DNA from: Octopus sinensis
Taxonomy: Eukaryota
Length of the DNA stretch: 64,000 nucleotides
Assembly (NCBI RefSeq): GCF_006345805.1
Contig: NC_043000.1
Coordinates: forward strand, 6,076,001 to 6,140,000
Direction of reading: 5' to 3'
This document shows, one piece after another, positions 37,584-50,210 of this stretch. Positions within the stretch are counted from its first letter, which is position 1; each line of letters opens with the position of its first letter. The translations under genes and the position numbers were made by a program. The notes under the pieces were generated by a model. That model saw only the letters and a list, made by a program, of their open reading frames with translations. It had not been told where the DNA came from and made no database searches.

Positions 37584-37806
37584 ACATTAGGTTCCAATGT
37601 GGTAAGGTCGATAGTGGCTGACCCCATCGAGTCATCATGCATGGCTCGATCATAGTCAAATACCTTTATACTAAGTGGCTTTAAAACATCTTCAACTGGG
37701 ATTGTAAATTTCTCTTCCCAACGAGGATTAAGGTTTTTATATATTATTCGGCTTTTATGAAGTAGTTTACTATCAATTTTGAATTTGACATATGGATCAC
37801 TTGTTC
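37584..37806 (-). CDS. MCTP1: MCTP coding exon 2 (C2A core): GTSDPYVKFKIDSKLLHKSRIIYKNLNPRWEEKFTIPVEDVLKPLSIKVFDYDRAMHDDSMGSATIDLTTLEPN(V)
   Basis: Acceptor ttttctgttttcag|GA and donor GT|gtaagt. 223 nt, phase 1 to 2. C2 motifs SDPYVKF, NLNPRWEE and FDYD...DD.MG. Confidence 0.96.
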
Positions 37807-37947
37807 CTGAAAACAGAAAATATTGTTGCTCTATTATTATGTTTAATGTAAATTCAATAAAAAAAAATTTTTTAATATTTTTTATCAAAATATAAATCAA
37901 TAATGAAATAACAAACAATAATTCTATATCTTCAGCATGCTGATTAA

Positions 37948-38289
37948 CCCTTTTGGTTCCAACTTGCCTGAGATTGCTGCTTGTTCTATGATACAATTTA
38001 AAATTTTTAAAGTGGTCTAAATCAAAACATTCCAAAAAAATTTCATGGTTGTTTGTTTCAAACACCAGCTTATTAATGACAAGGTTATCTTACTAACTGC
38101 ATAATTTTCAAAATTAATTGAAACAACAGAAACATGATAACAAAAGGGTCAAAATGATGCAAATTTAAACTTTCAAACATTTATGTTCATTTATGTTCCA
38201 AACAAGTTATTTTACAAAATTCTTCATTATCTTCAAAATTAATTGATACAAAAGCAGTGTATTTCAACAGAAATATGGTAACAAAAGGA
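37948..38289. mobile_element. TTAA-MITE-1-related element
   Basis: ttaa|cccttttggttcc ... ggtaacaaaagga|ttaa. Confidence 0.75.
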
Positions 38290-38754
38290 TTAAAGTAGAA
38301 AGGTACAAGTATATTAATACATATGTACTCCCAACTGAAACAATGACTAATGTAATCTACTAATTTTCATGGTACCTAAACTAATTTCAACTGCATGTCT
38401 TTTGTTGGTTTTTTTTTTTTTATTTTTGATCTGTTATCACATTCACGTCTAATTCTCCAAGTTTTTTGCAACATTATTGAACAAATGAGTTTAATTATGT
38501 CTTATTTTCTAAGAAGAGTTATTAACACTGATGGAAAATCTTTTAAAGTGTTAAGCTTATGTAATTCTAATGAACCTTTAAATATTTTAGCTTGCTTTTT
38601 CTTTGTTGATTTTTCCCCCTTCTGTAATCAAAAAAATAAATAAATAAAAGCAGAAAAAGTCAAATGAAAAGTTATAGAGAGACAATAATTTAACAGTAAG
38701 AGTATCAAACTCAATGCAATGATAGATTTCAATGGCTTAGATTTGAATTCATCA

Positions 38755-38900
38755 TCATCATCATCATCATCATCGTTTAACGTCCGTTCTCCATGCTAGC
38801 ATGGGTTGGACAGTTTGACCGGGGATCTGGGAAGCCAGAAGGCTGCACCAGGCTCCGGTCTTATCTGGCAATGTTTCTACGGCTGGATGCCCTTCCTATT
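38755..38900 (-). mobile_element. Family C (RTE 3' end) fragment
   Basis: (CAT)n-cgtttaacgtccgttctccatgctagcatgggttgg...ggctggatgcccttcct. Confidence 0.85.
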
Positions 38901-39018
38901 TTTATAAATAACCATCTTTTCCAAAGAATTATTATTCTAAGTTCAAACTTTGACAAAATGAACAAAACATGAATAACAGAGCAGGAGAGATAACAGAAAT
39001 GTTACATGACCATATATT

Positions 39019-39412
39019 ACTCTTTACTCTTTTACTTGTTTCAGTCATTTGACTGCGGCCATGCTGGAGCACCGCCTTTAGTCGAGCAACTCGACCCCGG
39101 GACTTATTTTTTTGTAAGCCCAGTACTTATTCTAACGGTCTCTTTTGCCGAACTGCTAAGTAACGGGGACATTATCACCCAAGCATCGGTTGTCAAGCAA
39201 TGCTAGGGGGACAAACACAGACACACACATGCATATATATATATACATATATACGATGGGCTTCTTTCAGTTTCTGTCTACCAAATCCACTCACAAGGCT
39301 TTGGTGGGCCCGAGGCTATAGTAGAAGACACTTGCCCAAGGTGCCACGCAGTGGGACTGAACCCGGAACCATGTGGTTGGTAAACAAGCTACTTACCACA
39401 CAACCACTCCTG
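39019..39412 (-). mobile_element. SINE-A, full length
   Basis: Complete reverse complement of the consensus. Confidence 0.92.
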
Positions 39413-40279
39413 CACCTATATATGGTAGTTTAAATTTTATGGATCAGCACCAGGGGTGTGATCCTTTGTTGCCATAAGCATCCTTAATTATAACTGACAA
39501 AAGCCACCAAAGGGATAAGCTGGAGATGATGTAGACCTCAAAGCATTCAAATGGTTCTTTTGTTACAGATCAGCTTGATCAGAAGATACAGAGAAAATAA
39601 AGAATTCCAATTCTCCATTCCAAAATCGCAGCTGAGCAACAGACAGACAGCGGAATTATTTCAAATATTTCACTGATTCTAATTAACAAAATATAAAATT
39701 AGGTAGGATTCAATTAGAAAACTGTAATGCACTCAATTTGGTGACATACGCAATTTGTTCAAGGAGTCTAACATTGAGCCTTTACTTCAAAATACACCAC
39801 TCAGAATTCTAAGGTACCAAACATAGAACTATGAAGCATTTAGTCCAGCAGTCTGTCGTTAAGCTTTATTTCCACGACTCCACAGTTTCAGATTAGTATT
39901 TACTGAATTAACACTTCTCAATTTCTTCTTTTTTAGTTTAATTTAGTTAGTCCACCCTTAAGCAGTTTTCTTCCAGAGTTTTAGATCATTTGCATGTTGG
40001 GGGTTTTCCCAGCATCAGTTGATAGCCTGTAGGTCCTGAGAGATTTTGTGCCAAGTGGTCCAAAGTCTACAACATCTTTTTGTTCATCCTGGTGATGTAC
40101 ATCTCACTGCTGTTTTTTGGACACTGATGATCTAGCTGTCACAAGATGAAAGCAGTCAGTTAATTTCATCATTCTGTTACTCTGTCATTGAGTTTTTACC
40201 TCAATGTTCTCCCTAAAACTTCTTAAGTTTTGTTAAAGTGAACGAAACACATTAAATAGAAAAAAAATATTTAAAATTT

Positions 40280-41040
40280 TTATCCTTTTATCTTTTACTT
40301 GCTTCAGTCATTAGACTGCGGCCAGGCTGGGACAACCCCCTGAAGAATTTTTAGTCACATGAATCAACCCAAGTTCTTATTTTTTAAAGCTTGGTACTTA
40401 CTCTAGCAGTCTCTTATAGCAAACTGCTAAATTATGGGACACACACACACACATACAGTGGATGCCTTTCAGTTTGTGTCAACCAAATCCACTAAAAAGA
40501 CTTTGATTAACCTGAGACTATAGTAGAAGATACCTGGTCAAGGTGCCACACAACGAGACTAAACCTGGAACTATGTGGTTGGGAAGTAAGCTTCTTATTT
40601 CTTTATTGCCCACAAGGGGCTAAACATAGAAGGGACAGACAAAGGGATTAAGTCGATTACATCGACCCCAGTGCGTAACTGGTACTTAATTTATCGACCC
40701 TGAAAGGATGAAAGGCAAAGTCGACCTTGGTGGAATTTGAACTCAGAATGTAACGGCAGACAAAATACCTATTTCTTTACTACCCACAAGGGGCTAAACA
40801 CAGAGAGGACAAACAAGGACAGACAAACAGATTAAGTAGATTATATTGACCCCAGTGTGTAACTGGTATTTAATTTATCGACCCTGAAAGGATGAAAGCA
40901 AAGTCAACCTTGGCGGAATTTGAACTCAGAACATAGCGGCTGACGAAATACTGCTCAGCATTTTGCCTGGCGTGCAAACGTTTCTGCCAGCTCACTGCCT
41001 TCTTCTTACCACACAGCCACTCCTGTGCCTATGTGAATAT
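40280..41040 (-). mobile_element. Old SINE-A carrying a nested SINE-B dimer (40598-41001)
   Basis: The SINE-A sequence aagcttcttaccacacagcc is split, with a 7-bp duplication CTTCTTA at 40591-40597 and 41002-41008. Confidence 0.85.
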
Positions 41041-41573
41041 TTTAAAAATAAAATCAACAATACTATCAAATTTTAAATGTATTACTTGGTACTACAAAGT
41101 TCTTTTTTTATTTTTATCTAAGAGATGTAAAATTTTCATAAGAACAAATGGAAATGTTTTTTAGTCTTAAAGTATTAAGACGTATTCTAAGAGGCAATGT
41201 TTTGATTTAGCTAAAATCAATAGAACTTTTTCAGAAGTTAACTTATCTTCATAGTTTACTGTAAGGTACTTATGAATAATTTCTGCATACAAAAATCCCA
41301 AATTTACATATAAAATCCCAATCTATTTTATACATTAACAATCACAACCCATTTCATACATAAGTTATTCATGCTAAATATTTAATCTTTAATCTTTTAC
41401 TTTGATTCAATCATTAGAATCTGAGGCCATGCTGGGGCACCGCTTTGAAGGTATTTATGTTTTACTTTTTAAAGTTTGATACTTATTCTATTGGCCTCTT
41501 TGCCAAACTAGAGTTATAGAAATTTAAACAAATCAACACTGGTTGTCAAGTGGTGGGAACAACAAGCACAAAG

Positions 41574-41625
<52 letters not shown>

Positions 41626-41923
41626 GCACACACACACACACACTCACAAATAAAAAGTAATTTTATCTGCACTTAAAAGTAGATGTGTTAGAACACAAAA
41701 TACTGTGATAGTTACCATGAGAGTAACTCAGGTTTTTTGTGCATATAAGCACTCTTATTTACATTGCTAGTGAGGAGATGAATCATCCACTATTGACACT
41801 GCTGAGACTATTAGATCACAATATTTAGACCTACTCTGGCCTTGCCAATGGTAGACACTATCACAAAATCCACTTTTAAGTGGAGATAAATATCACCTTT
41901 CAGTATTAATATTGTTTCTGTTG

Positions 41924-42360
41924 GAAGGCGGTGAGCTGGCAGAAACGTTAGTGCACCGGGCTAAATGCTTAACGGCATTTTGTCTGCCGTTACGTTCTGA
42001 GTTCAAATTCCGCCGAGGTCAACATTGCCTTTCATCCTTTCGGGGTCAATAAATTAAGTACCAGTTACACACTGGGGTCAATGTAATTGACTTAAACCCT
42101 TTGTCTGTCTGTGTTTGTCCCCTCTATGTTTAGCCTGTTATGGGCAATAAAGAAATAAGAAACATTAGCACACCGAGCAAAATGCTTAGAAGTATTTCGT
42201 TTGTCTTTACGTTCTGAGTTCAAAGTCCGCCGAGGTCAACTTTGCCTTTCATCCTTTTGGGATTGATAAATTAAGTACCAGTTGCATACTGGGGTCGATC
42301 TAATCGACTGCTCCCCTCCCCCAAAATTTCAGGCCTTGTGCCTAGAGTAGGAAAGAATAC
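41924..42360 (+). mobile_element. SINE-B dimer
   Basis: Full monomer gaaggcggtgagctggcagaaacgttag...aagaaataagaaa fused to a second monomer with a different tail (ccttgtgcctagagtagg). Confidence 0.88.
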
Positions 42361-42613
42361 TGTTTCTGTTGCTGATAATTATTATCTAATAAATATGTAT
42401 GTATATGACTGGTTAATCCACAGTTCCTGCAGGCTAAATTCATTCACAGGGCATTGGTTGGCCCAGGGCTATAGTAGAAGACACTTGTCCAGGGTGCCAC
42501 ATAATTGCACTGAACCTGAAACCATATAATTGAAAAGCAAACTTCTTAAGCACAAAACTAGCCGTACATTCAGTGGTGTTGGAGGTTAAATAATTTATTA
42601 ATCTGCTTCTATG

Positions 42614-42940
42614 AAGGCGCATGGCTCAGTGGTTAGGGGCATTCGGCTCACGATCGTAAGGTCGTGAGTTCAATTCCTGGTGGCGTGTTGTGTCCTTGAG
42701 CAAGGCACTTTACTTCACGTTGCTCCAGTCCACTCAGCTGGAAAAAAATGAGTAGTACCTGTATTTCAAAGGGCCAGCCTTTTCACTCTCTGTGACACGC
42801 TGAATCTCCCCGAGAACTATGTTAAGGGTACATGTGTTTGTGGAGTGCTCAGCCACTTACACGTTAATTTCACAAGCAAGCTGTTCCGTTGATCGTATCT
42901 GCTGGGACGCTCGTCGTCGAAACCGACGAAGTGCTCCCCT
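42614..42940 (+). mobile_element. SINE-F-type tRNA-derived SINE with an alternative 3' tail
   Basis: gaaggcgcatggctcagtggttag, B-box gttcaattcc, the same central domain as 8957-9285 but a different 3' half. Confidence 0.8.
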
Positions 42941-43004
42941 AATCTGCTTCTAATACAATTCTTAGCACTATATATTTTTCATCACAAGAGGATTTTTTCC
43001 TTTG

Positions 43005-43198
43005 TTCCTTTACTTCTTTCAGTCATTTGTCTGTGGCCATGCTGGAGCACCGCCTTTAGTCAAGCAAATCAACCTCAGGACTTATTCTTTGTAAGCCTAG
43101 TACTTATTCTATCGGTCTCTTTTGCCGAACCGCTAAGTCACGGGGACGTAAACACATCCAGCATCGGTTGTCAAGCGATGTTGGGGGGAAAAACACAG

Positions 43199-43249
<51 letters not shown>

Positions 43250-43410
43250 CACGACAGGCTCCTTTCAGTTTCCATCTACCAAATCCACTCACAAGGCTTT
43301 GGTCGGCCCAAAACTATAGTAGAAGACACTTGCCCAAGGTGCCACGCAGTGGGACAGAACCCGGAACCATGTTGTTGATAAGCAAGTTTCGTACCACACA
43401 GCCACTCCTG
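43005..43410 (-). mobile_element. SINE-A, full length
   Basis: Reverse complement of the consensus. Confidence 0.9.
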
Positions 43411-43982
43411 TACCATGAAAACTAAAGTTAATCTTAGTTGGTCTCAAAAGTCATTAAGTAAAAAAGGAAAGAGACTTAGCACTGCAATGCAATAAAGCTA
43501 ATACCTTACACTCATGCAGCATATCATCCCTCTTTATGTTCTGAGTTCAAATCCTACCGAGGTGCACCTTACCTTTCATTCTTTTGGGGTTGATAAAATG
43601 AGTACCAGTGGAGCACTAGGGTTGATGTAATCGACTTACTCACTACCCCCAAAATTGCTGGCCTTGAGCCAAAATTTGAAACTAATATCTAGTTACACTC
43701 TGGGTTCAACTCTGGCCAAGGGAACTTTATCTTTCATCCTTCCCGGGTCAATGAAAATAGAGTACCAGTCAAGTACTTAGTGGCAATTTAACTGATGAAA
43801 CCCTTCCAGAAAATGTGTGGTCGTGTGTCAAGGTTAAAGGAAAAAATCAATATTAGTGTCAGAAAATAGACTGCTTCCCATTATAGAACACAAGAAGGTT
43901 TTCTTATACCAGATGCAATATATCTGCATCTCTATACTGCTGCCGGTGCTACTGCCACCACTACTGCTACTTGCTTCTTGAT

Positions 43983-43983
43983 G

Positions 43984-44039
<56 letters not shown>

Positions 44040-44040
44040 A
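43983..44040. repeat. (TAC)n microsatellite
   Basis: Read directly. Confidence 0.95.
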
Positions 44041-44671
44041 AACAAGTCATAATTCATTCAAGATCCTCGGATAATTATCATGTAATTCAGTATCTTTAGA
44101 TGACCAATTTTATTTTGTTAGCACATGATGGACTACAATTAGAAGCTGATTTATGAATCTGCGTTTGTTATTCTCTGGTTAAACAGTTCTAATTTGAAGT
44201 TGTCCTCTGTTGCAAAATAATCATTATGTCGGCTTCATTACAATTTGAGTGATACAAATGATATGTTGATGTGGGTTGTACCGTATTCCTCTCCACAACC
44301 AACCCCACCATCTACTGTACTAAATACTTTGTTAGCTTGGCTTTCTTTGACATTGAGTAATTTTAGAGGAATTTTAATATCTATTTTAAGCATCATTATA
44401 ACATCTATTTTGCTGTGTTGTGATGTGCTGGATGGGTTGACTGTATACATTTATTTGTTTCACATTTGTCTTTCCATGATAACATAGGCCTAGAAGAAGA
44501 ATATTATTGAGGCATCATTTTACAGCCGAATGCCCTTCCTGTTGCTAACCATTACCTGTTTCTCAAGCAAGGGGCTCTTATAACACAGCTTCAAAAGGAC
44601 GATTTCAATGAATGATTTGTTGACAGGAGAAATAACTACACTGTCACTACTTGCATCCCAGTGACTTTATA

Positions 44672-45090
44672 ATAATAATAATAATGAAATTATTGTATAC
44701 AGTGCTCAGGTGCACCACAACTTGTCAAAAGTGCATATAAACCATATGCAGTAATGTACAAATGTCTGGGAAGTGAACAGTGTATGAGTCAAATACATAC
44801 TTGTGTGTGTATGGAGGGGAGAAAATCAGGTGTAGTGTTGGCGAATCTCAGGAAGTATGGAAGTTTTGAAGGATGCAGTGCTCCGACAAGTAACAACTGA
44901 TGCCGGCAGTTTGTTCCATACTTCAGCAACTCTTAGCGTGAAAAAATGTTTCCGAAAGTCATGGGAGGTGTGCTGTTTTATGACTTTGTAAATATGTCCA
45001 CAGGTGTTAGACGGGTAGAGTTTGAAAAGGTGCTCAGTGTTATTGTTTGTAAGATGGTTGATAATTTTATGGGTGTTTTATGGAGAATCA
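44672..45090 (-). mobile_element. CR1/L2-type LINE 3' end
   Basis: Minus frame HKIINHL...GHIYKVIKQHTSHDFRKHFFTLRVAEVWNKLPASVVTCRSTASFK is the RT C-terminal signature; (TTA)n tail. Confidence 0.8.
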
Positions 45091-45239
45091 CAAATGTAAA
45101 CAAACAAACATGCACATCTTTACATATTTTTTTTTATCATGTCATGTGTGAGACCCATATCCTGAAATTTAACCGTACCACTTCTCATGTTTTTATTTCT
45201 CTTCAGCTAAAAATACTTTCTACTGGCATGAACTAAACA

Positions 45240-45690
45240 TTTCCATTTAGAATGGAAGGAAACTGTGGAAGAGGTAGACCCAGGAAGACATGGGACAAAG
45301 TGGTGAGGTATGATCTTTGGATGTTGAGTCTCATGGAGGTGATGACAAGTGATCAAAACCTTTGGTGATAGCAGTGCTTGAGAAGATACATGAAGCTAAG
45401 TTAAATTGTAGTTGTGGCGGTACCTTTGACATGCCCGAGATATGTAAAAGGCACCTGTGCCAGAGGTATGTAAATGGCACCTGTTCAAGTGACATGTAAA
45501 AGGTACCCATGCTGGTGACACATAAAAGTAATCCACTATACACTGGGGAGTGGTGGGCATTAGAAAGGGCATCCAGCCACAGAAACCAAGCCAAAATAGA
45601 CTTGAGCCTGGTGCAGTTTACACGTTCCAGTCAGACCATCTAACCTATGCCAGCATAGAAAACATGCTAAATGATGATGATGATGATGAT
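45240..45690 (+). mobile_element. RTE LINE 3' end plus family C UTR
   Basis: RMEGNCGRGRPRKTWDKVVRYDLWMLSLMEVMTSD...; UTR and (GAT)n tail. Confidence 0.82.
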
Positions 45691-46290
45691 GAATTCCATG
45701 TCTCTTTATGTATATTACATGTTCATACCAGCACACTCATTTCTCCTGTATACACAGGCTGATACTTTTAATGCCTAGTCAATCTCCAAATTCATTTGTA
45801 TTCTGCTCTTCATACAGATTGATGTTACAAATCCATCATGTGAAGCTCTTTAAATTTCTCTTCAGCCTCTGCAGATTTTCTATATCGAACGTTCTGGTCT
45901 AACTATGAGGCATAATCATATTTCTTACATTAACTTCAAACAGCCTTCTTTTAGCTATTAACAAAGGTATTAGCATCATGAATTTCATTTTTCTTATTTT
46001 CACTATAACCACCTCCAAGATACAATACTCACAGTTATGCCGATAATACCATACTTCGATCTTCCTGAACATTTTGCATACAAGCATCATCAATATACAC
46101 CCTAAACACATCATTCCAGACTTGTACAGCTTCTATGAGCAGAGACTGTAAGAATAGCTTTCAATGACAACATGACATAGACACTTCTTCAAAGTACAAA
46201 GACACAATCGCTACATATAGTAAAGAAACAGTCTTGTGCCATCCTCAGATTATATATACATTCATACACACACACACACAACATATATAT

Positions 46291-46341
<51 letters not shown>

Positions 46342-47291
46342 ATATATATATTTGGCTAATATTATACATGTAATATTTCAAGCTACAAACCACTTAAAGC
46401 TGCTACAAATACAAGGCCTTGATATTGCCAATAATTATTGAAATCTCCAATAATTGCATAAAATAAATCTGCTTTTAAACAGTTTCTGGTTCCTCTGTTT
46501 CCTCGTTAGGTTATTGATAATTTGTATCAGCAGCACTGACTTCATTATCGTAAAAACATTTGTCATTGTCAGAATTCAATGATTCCTGCAACAGTTATTT
46601 TAATGTTCTTTTGCTCTTGGGATATGGTATGCAGAAATCACATCACTGTGTGGTTGAGGAGTTCGCTTTTCAGCCACAAGGTTTCTGGATTCAGTTCCAT
46701 TCTACAACACATTTGGAAAGTGCTTTTTACTATAACCTTGGACCAACCAAAGCTTTGTGACTGAATTTGGGAGTGGAGAACCAAAGGACCATCATTCGTA
46801 TGTGTGTGTGTGCGAGCGTGCGTGTGTATGATTTACCCCTCAAATACATTACTCCTAGGTCCATTCTGACATGGAACAGTAGTACCTGTCAAGGAACCAT
46901 ACATGAGTTAAATAGATTTCCTAGGGGTAGAGGCAGCTCCCTTTATTTTTGTGAAAGTCACAAGGAAGGCAGCACTTCTAGGGGAAAGATATTTTGACAT
47001 AAAACTTGCAGTAAAAATTGTATCAATCATCTTCCAATGCTTGTGACTGGAACCTGCTACGACAGCCAAGAGAGTGGCAAAAGTATTATACAAGCTTTTG
47101 TCATTTAAACCCGTTGATGTACAGATGTCTCATTATTGCTTCATTTCCTGATCTGTTGTGTATTTTATGGTCCTACAGTAATGGACGTGTAGCATGAAAT
47201 GTCATATCCACACATGTGTAAGCATGAAAGCAAATCAGAACAATCAGGCTAAATAGTTGATGGTTATCATCTGACAAGATGAAGCAATCAC

Positions 47292-47328
<37 letters not shown>

Positions 47329-47689
47329 GTGTATCTATCTACAATCACTCATATACAAAAATGCAGTGATCTGCATTGCTTTCAGTTGCTTCTGTCAAGA
47401 AACCATCGAGGTGCTTCATGCCTTTGAAGATGTGTGGGGTAAGTGATCCCTCAGTTGAAATTCAAGTAAGGATTAATATCAGGAAAGGTTTCCAGCTGTA
47501 AGACAATGGCTCAACATATTTGTCTAACCCATGCAAGCAAGAATGAGAAAAAAGAAAAACAGGAGAGCTTAGCAAAATATGTTCTGAGACATTCATTAAG
47601 AAATATTTAAGCATCATGAAACAGAGGCTACACAGTTATGTACTAATTCCACAGATAATCTTTATCCTAAGCAATACATTCTTTGGACA

Positions 47690-47950
47690 CAACCTTCAGG
47701 GTTGGTGAAAGCGATGTGGTGGACAATGAAAAACCTGGCTGATAACAGTCAAGGCTGATCTGGAACCCAACCTAGGCCCCCATATCTATGGCGTTCACCG
47801 CTGGAATAAGGAGTGGTTGGAGATCATGCAGGTCGTTAGCCTCAAATCGCCAGGTCTGGCCGGCGTTTGTGAGAGATGCAGCATTGAGGATGAATGAAGC
47901 CAGCTCAACCCACCCCGGGTGAATGCTGTCTCAAGAAAGAAAGAAGAAGA
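47690..47950 (+). mobile_element. Second RTE-clade LINE 3' end (distinct family)
   Basis: KTWLITVKADLEPNLGPHIYGVHRWNKEW...NRQVWPAFVRDA resembles RTE ORF2 C-termini; (GAA)-rich tail. Confidence 0.65.
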
Positions 47951-49099
47951 CACAACAGGCAACTTTTAATACTCAATCAATTTCTTTCAACTTTACTGGA
48001 AATATTATTAATAAAGAGAACAGAATGATTTGGTTGTGTTTTGCTTCCTGAAATAGCATATTGTGAAGCAGCTATATTTGGTATGAAATCTAGATCTAAA
48101 GAAAAACATTTTTAAAAGCGGCTTGCTCATAACTTCAGTTTCACTGATGCAGTAGCTTGCTTTTCTGGCTAATACAACTGAAATCTTTTTGGTTACAATG
48201 TAGTCCACATACTCTTAAATAATCTTACAATAATTGGATGACTGAAGATTTAATGAAATCGTCAATATTAGCTTAGAGCAGACAGTATTTACATTAACAG
48301 TTTTTCATACAACTTCTGGCACGACTGCTTATCTTTAGGGGATAATTTCACTCTTATGACGTCAATTGATCACATTTTAGAAATTCGCTAGGAGAATTTC
48401 ACAATATATCTGAATGTGTAACTTATTCAATGCTGTACTCTCTCTCTAGTCTTAAACTAAGATGACAAATAAACTATGCAACAGCACATCACACTAAAAG
48501 AACTGACACCAGCAAAAGTTCTTTTACAGTTTAGAAATATGAACTCAGTGTTCTTTGATCATATTTATAACCTTTTACTTAGACACATCTCTTTCATGTT
48601 AATGACAACATATATGGTCTATCACTCATTTATATAACCTCATTAAAATATTTAAAGCTAGTCATTTATCTTTAAACATATTATATCTTTTATCATCTCA
48701 AAAATATTATCAATATTTGTTGTCAAATGAGAGAAGCAACAAATTGTTATCATCATCATCATCATCATTATTTAATGTCTATTTTCCATGCTGGCATGGG
48801 TTGGATGACAAGATTATCAATATTGCCTTTGTGAAAATCACATATTTATAATGTTCCTTCGGACATATGTTACCTAACAGGTAATTCTTTTCTTAACCCC
48901 TGTATAGTTCTAAGAGGCTCGAATTAACAGATGCCATCATCTGCTTCTTGATGTAAGGGAACTGGAATAAACTGAACGGCAAAAGCTTTGAACCGTTGAA
49001 CTTAATGCTTGTTTTGAATTTTCTGTCATATTAAAAAAATGTTGCTCATCAGAATCTTTAAGACAGCAATACAGAAGGTGTCCTGGCCAACTCAGGAAT

Positions 49100-50210
49100 A
49101 CATCATCATCATCATCATTTAACGTCCGTTTTCCATGCTAGCATGGGTTGGACGGTTCAACCAGGGTCTGGGAAGCCTGGAGGCTGCACCAGGCTCCAGT
49201 CTGATCTGGCAGTGTTTCTACAGCTGGATGCCCTTCCTAACACCAACCACTCCGTGAGTGTAGTGGGTGCTTTTTATGTGCCACCAGCACAGAAGCCAGT
49301 CAAGGTGGTGCTGGCATTGGCCACGCTTGGATGGTGCTTTTTATGTGCCACCCTCATCCATACACATCACATTCCCAAACCATCACAATTTCCTCTCTTG
49401 CACATTCTATCTGATTCCTCTCATCCCCAGCTTTTCTTTCAATATATTTGCATGCACACTGACACTGCAGCATCCAGCAGAGCATGTTATCTTCATATCT
49501 TCTAATCTGCACATGTCCTCTGCATTTCTGACCCAAGTTTCAAATCATGTAGCATTGCTGTTTGTACACAAGCATCAACAATCTGCCTTTCATTCTGAGA
49601 CAGAAACCTTTCGTTATCAACAGAGGCAGCAACTTTCTGAACTTTCCCCAGCCTCTTCTTACACTGTCCACCAGACTTTCAGAACATCCACCAACATTGC
49701 AAATGAGATCATTTAAGCAACAGAAGCTATTTACCACCTCTGAGGATCCACTTGTGTATTTCATCATCATCATTATTTAGTGTCTGCTTCCCATACTGGC
49801 ATGGGTTAGATGGTTTGACTGAATCTGGTGCTGGAGAGCTGCACTAGGTTCCGATCTGATTTGGTATGGTTTCTACAGCTGGGTGCCTTCCTAATGCCAC
49901 TCCAAGAGTGTAAAGGGTGCATTTTATGTGACACCAGCACAGGTGCCTGTTATGTGATACTAACACCAGCCACAAACACAATTTCACTTGGCTTGATGAG
50001 TCTTCTCAAGCATGGCATATCACCAAAGGTCTCAGTCACTTATCACTTCTGTCAAGCCCATCGTTTGAAGGGAGCTTTTCACATGCCACCAGCATAGGTG
50101 CCTGTTACATGACACTGGCATTAGTCATGACTATGATTTCACCTGGCTTGATGGGTCTTCTCAAGCACGGTAAGGGCTCAGTCACTTGTCCTTGCCTCCA
50201 CAATTTCCAG
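49100..50210 (-). mobile_element. Rearranged RTE fragments: two family C ends plus an RT piece (about 49350-49750)
   Basis: VRRGWGKFRKLLPLLITKGFCLRMKGRL..ACVQTAMLH..ETW, plus duplicated C-terminal AVLEKTHQAK-type segments at 49980-50190. Confidence 0.8.

Noticed and set aside
37807-38065. N-terminal part of ORF 37580..38065 (MFETNNHEIF...)
   Set aside because: Intron and MITE read-through upstream of the acceptor at 37806; the true upstream exon is 60723-60828.
42899-42936. ctgctgg-GACG-ctcgt-CGTC-GAAAC hammerhead look-alike
   Set aside because: It has two core substitutions and no stem I/III, and it lies in a SINE 3' hairpin; probably coincidental.
45880-46130. Possible very old LINE RT remnant on the minus strand
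   Set aside because: Only vague similarity, with many stops; not supportable without alignment.
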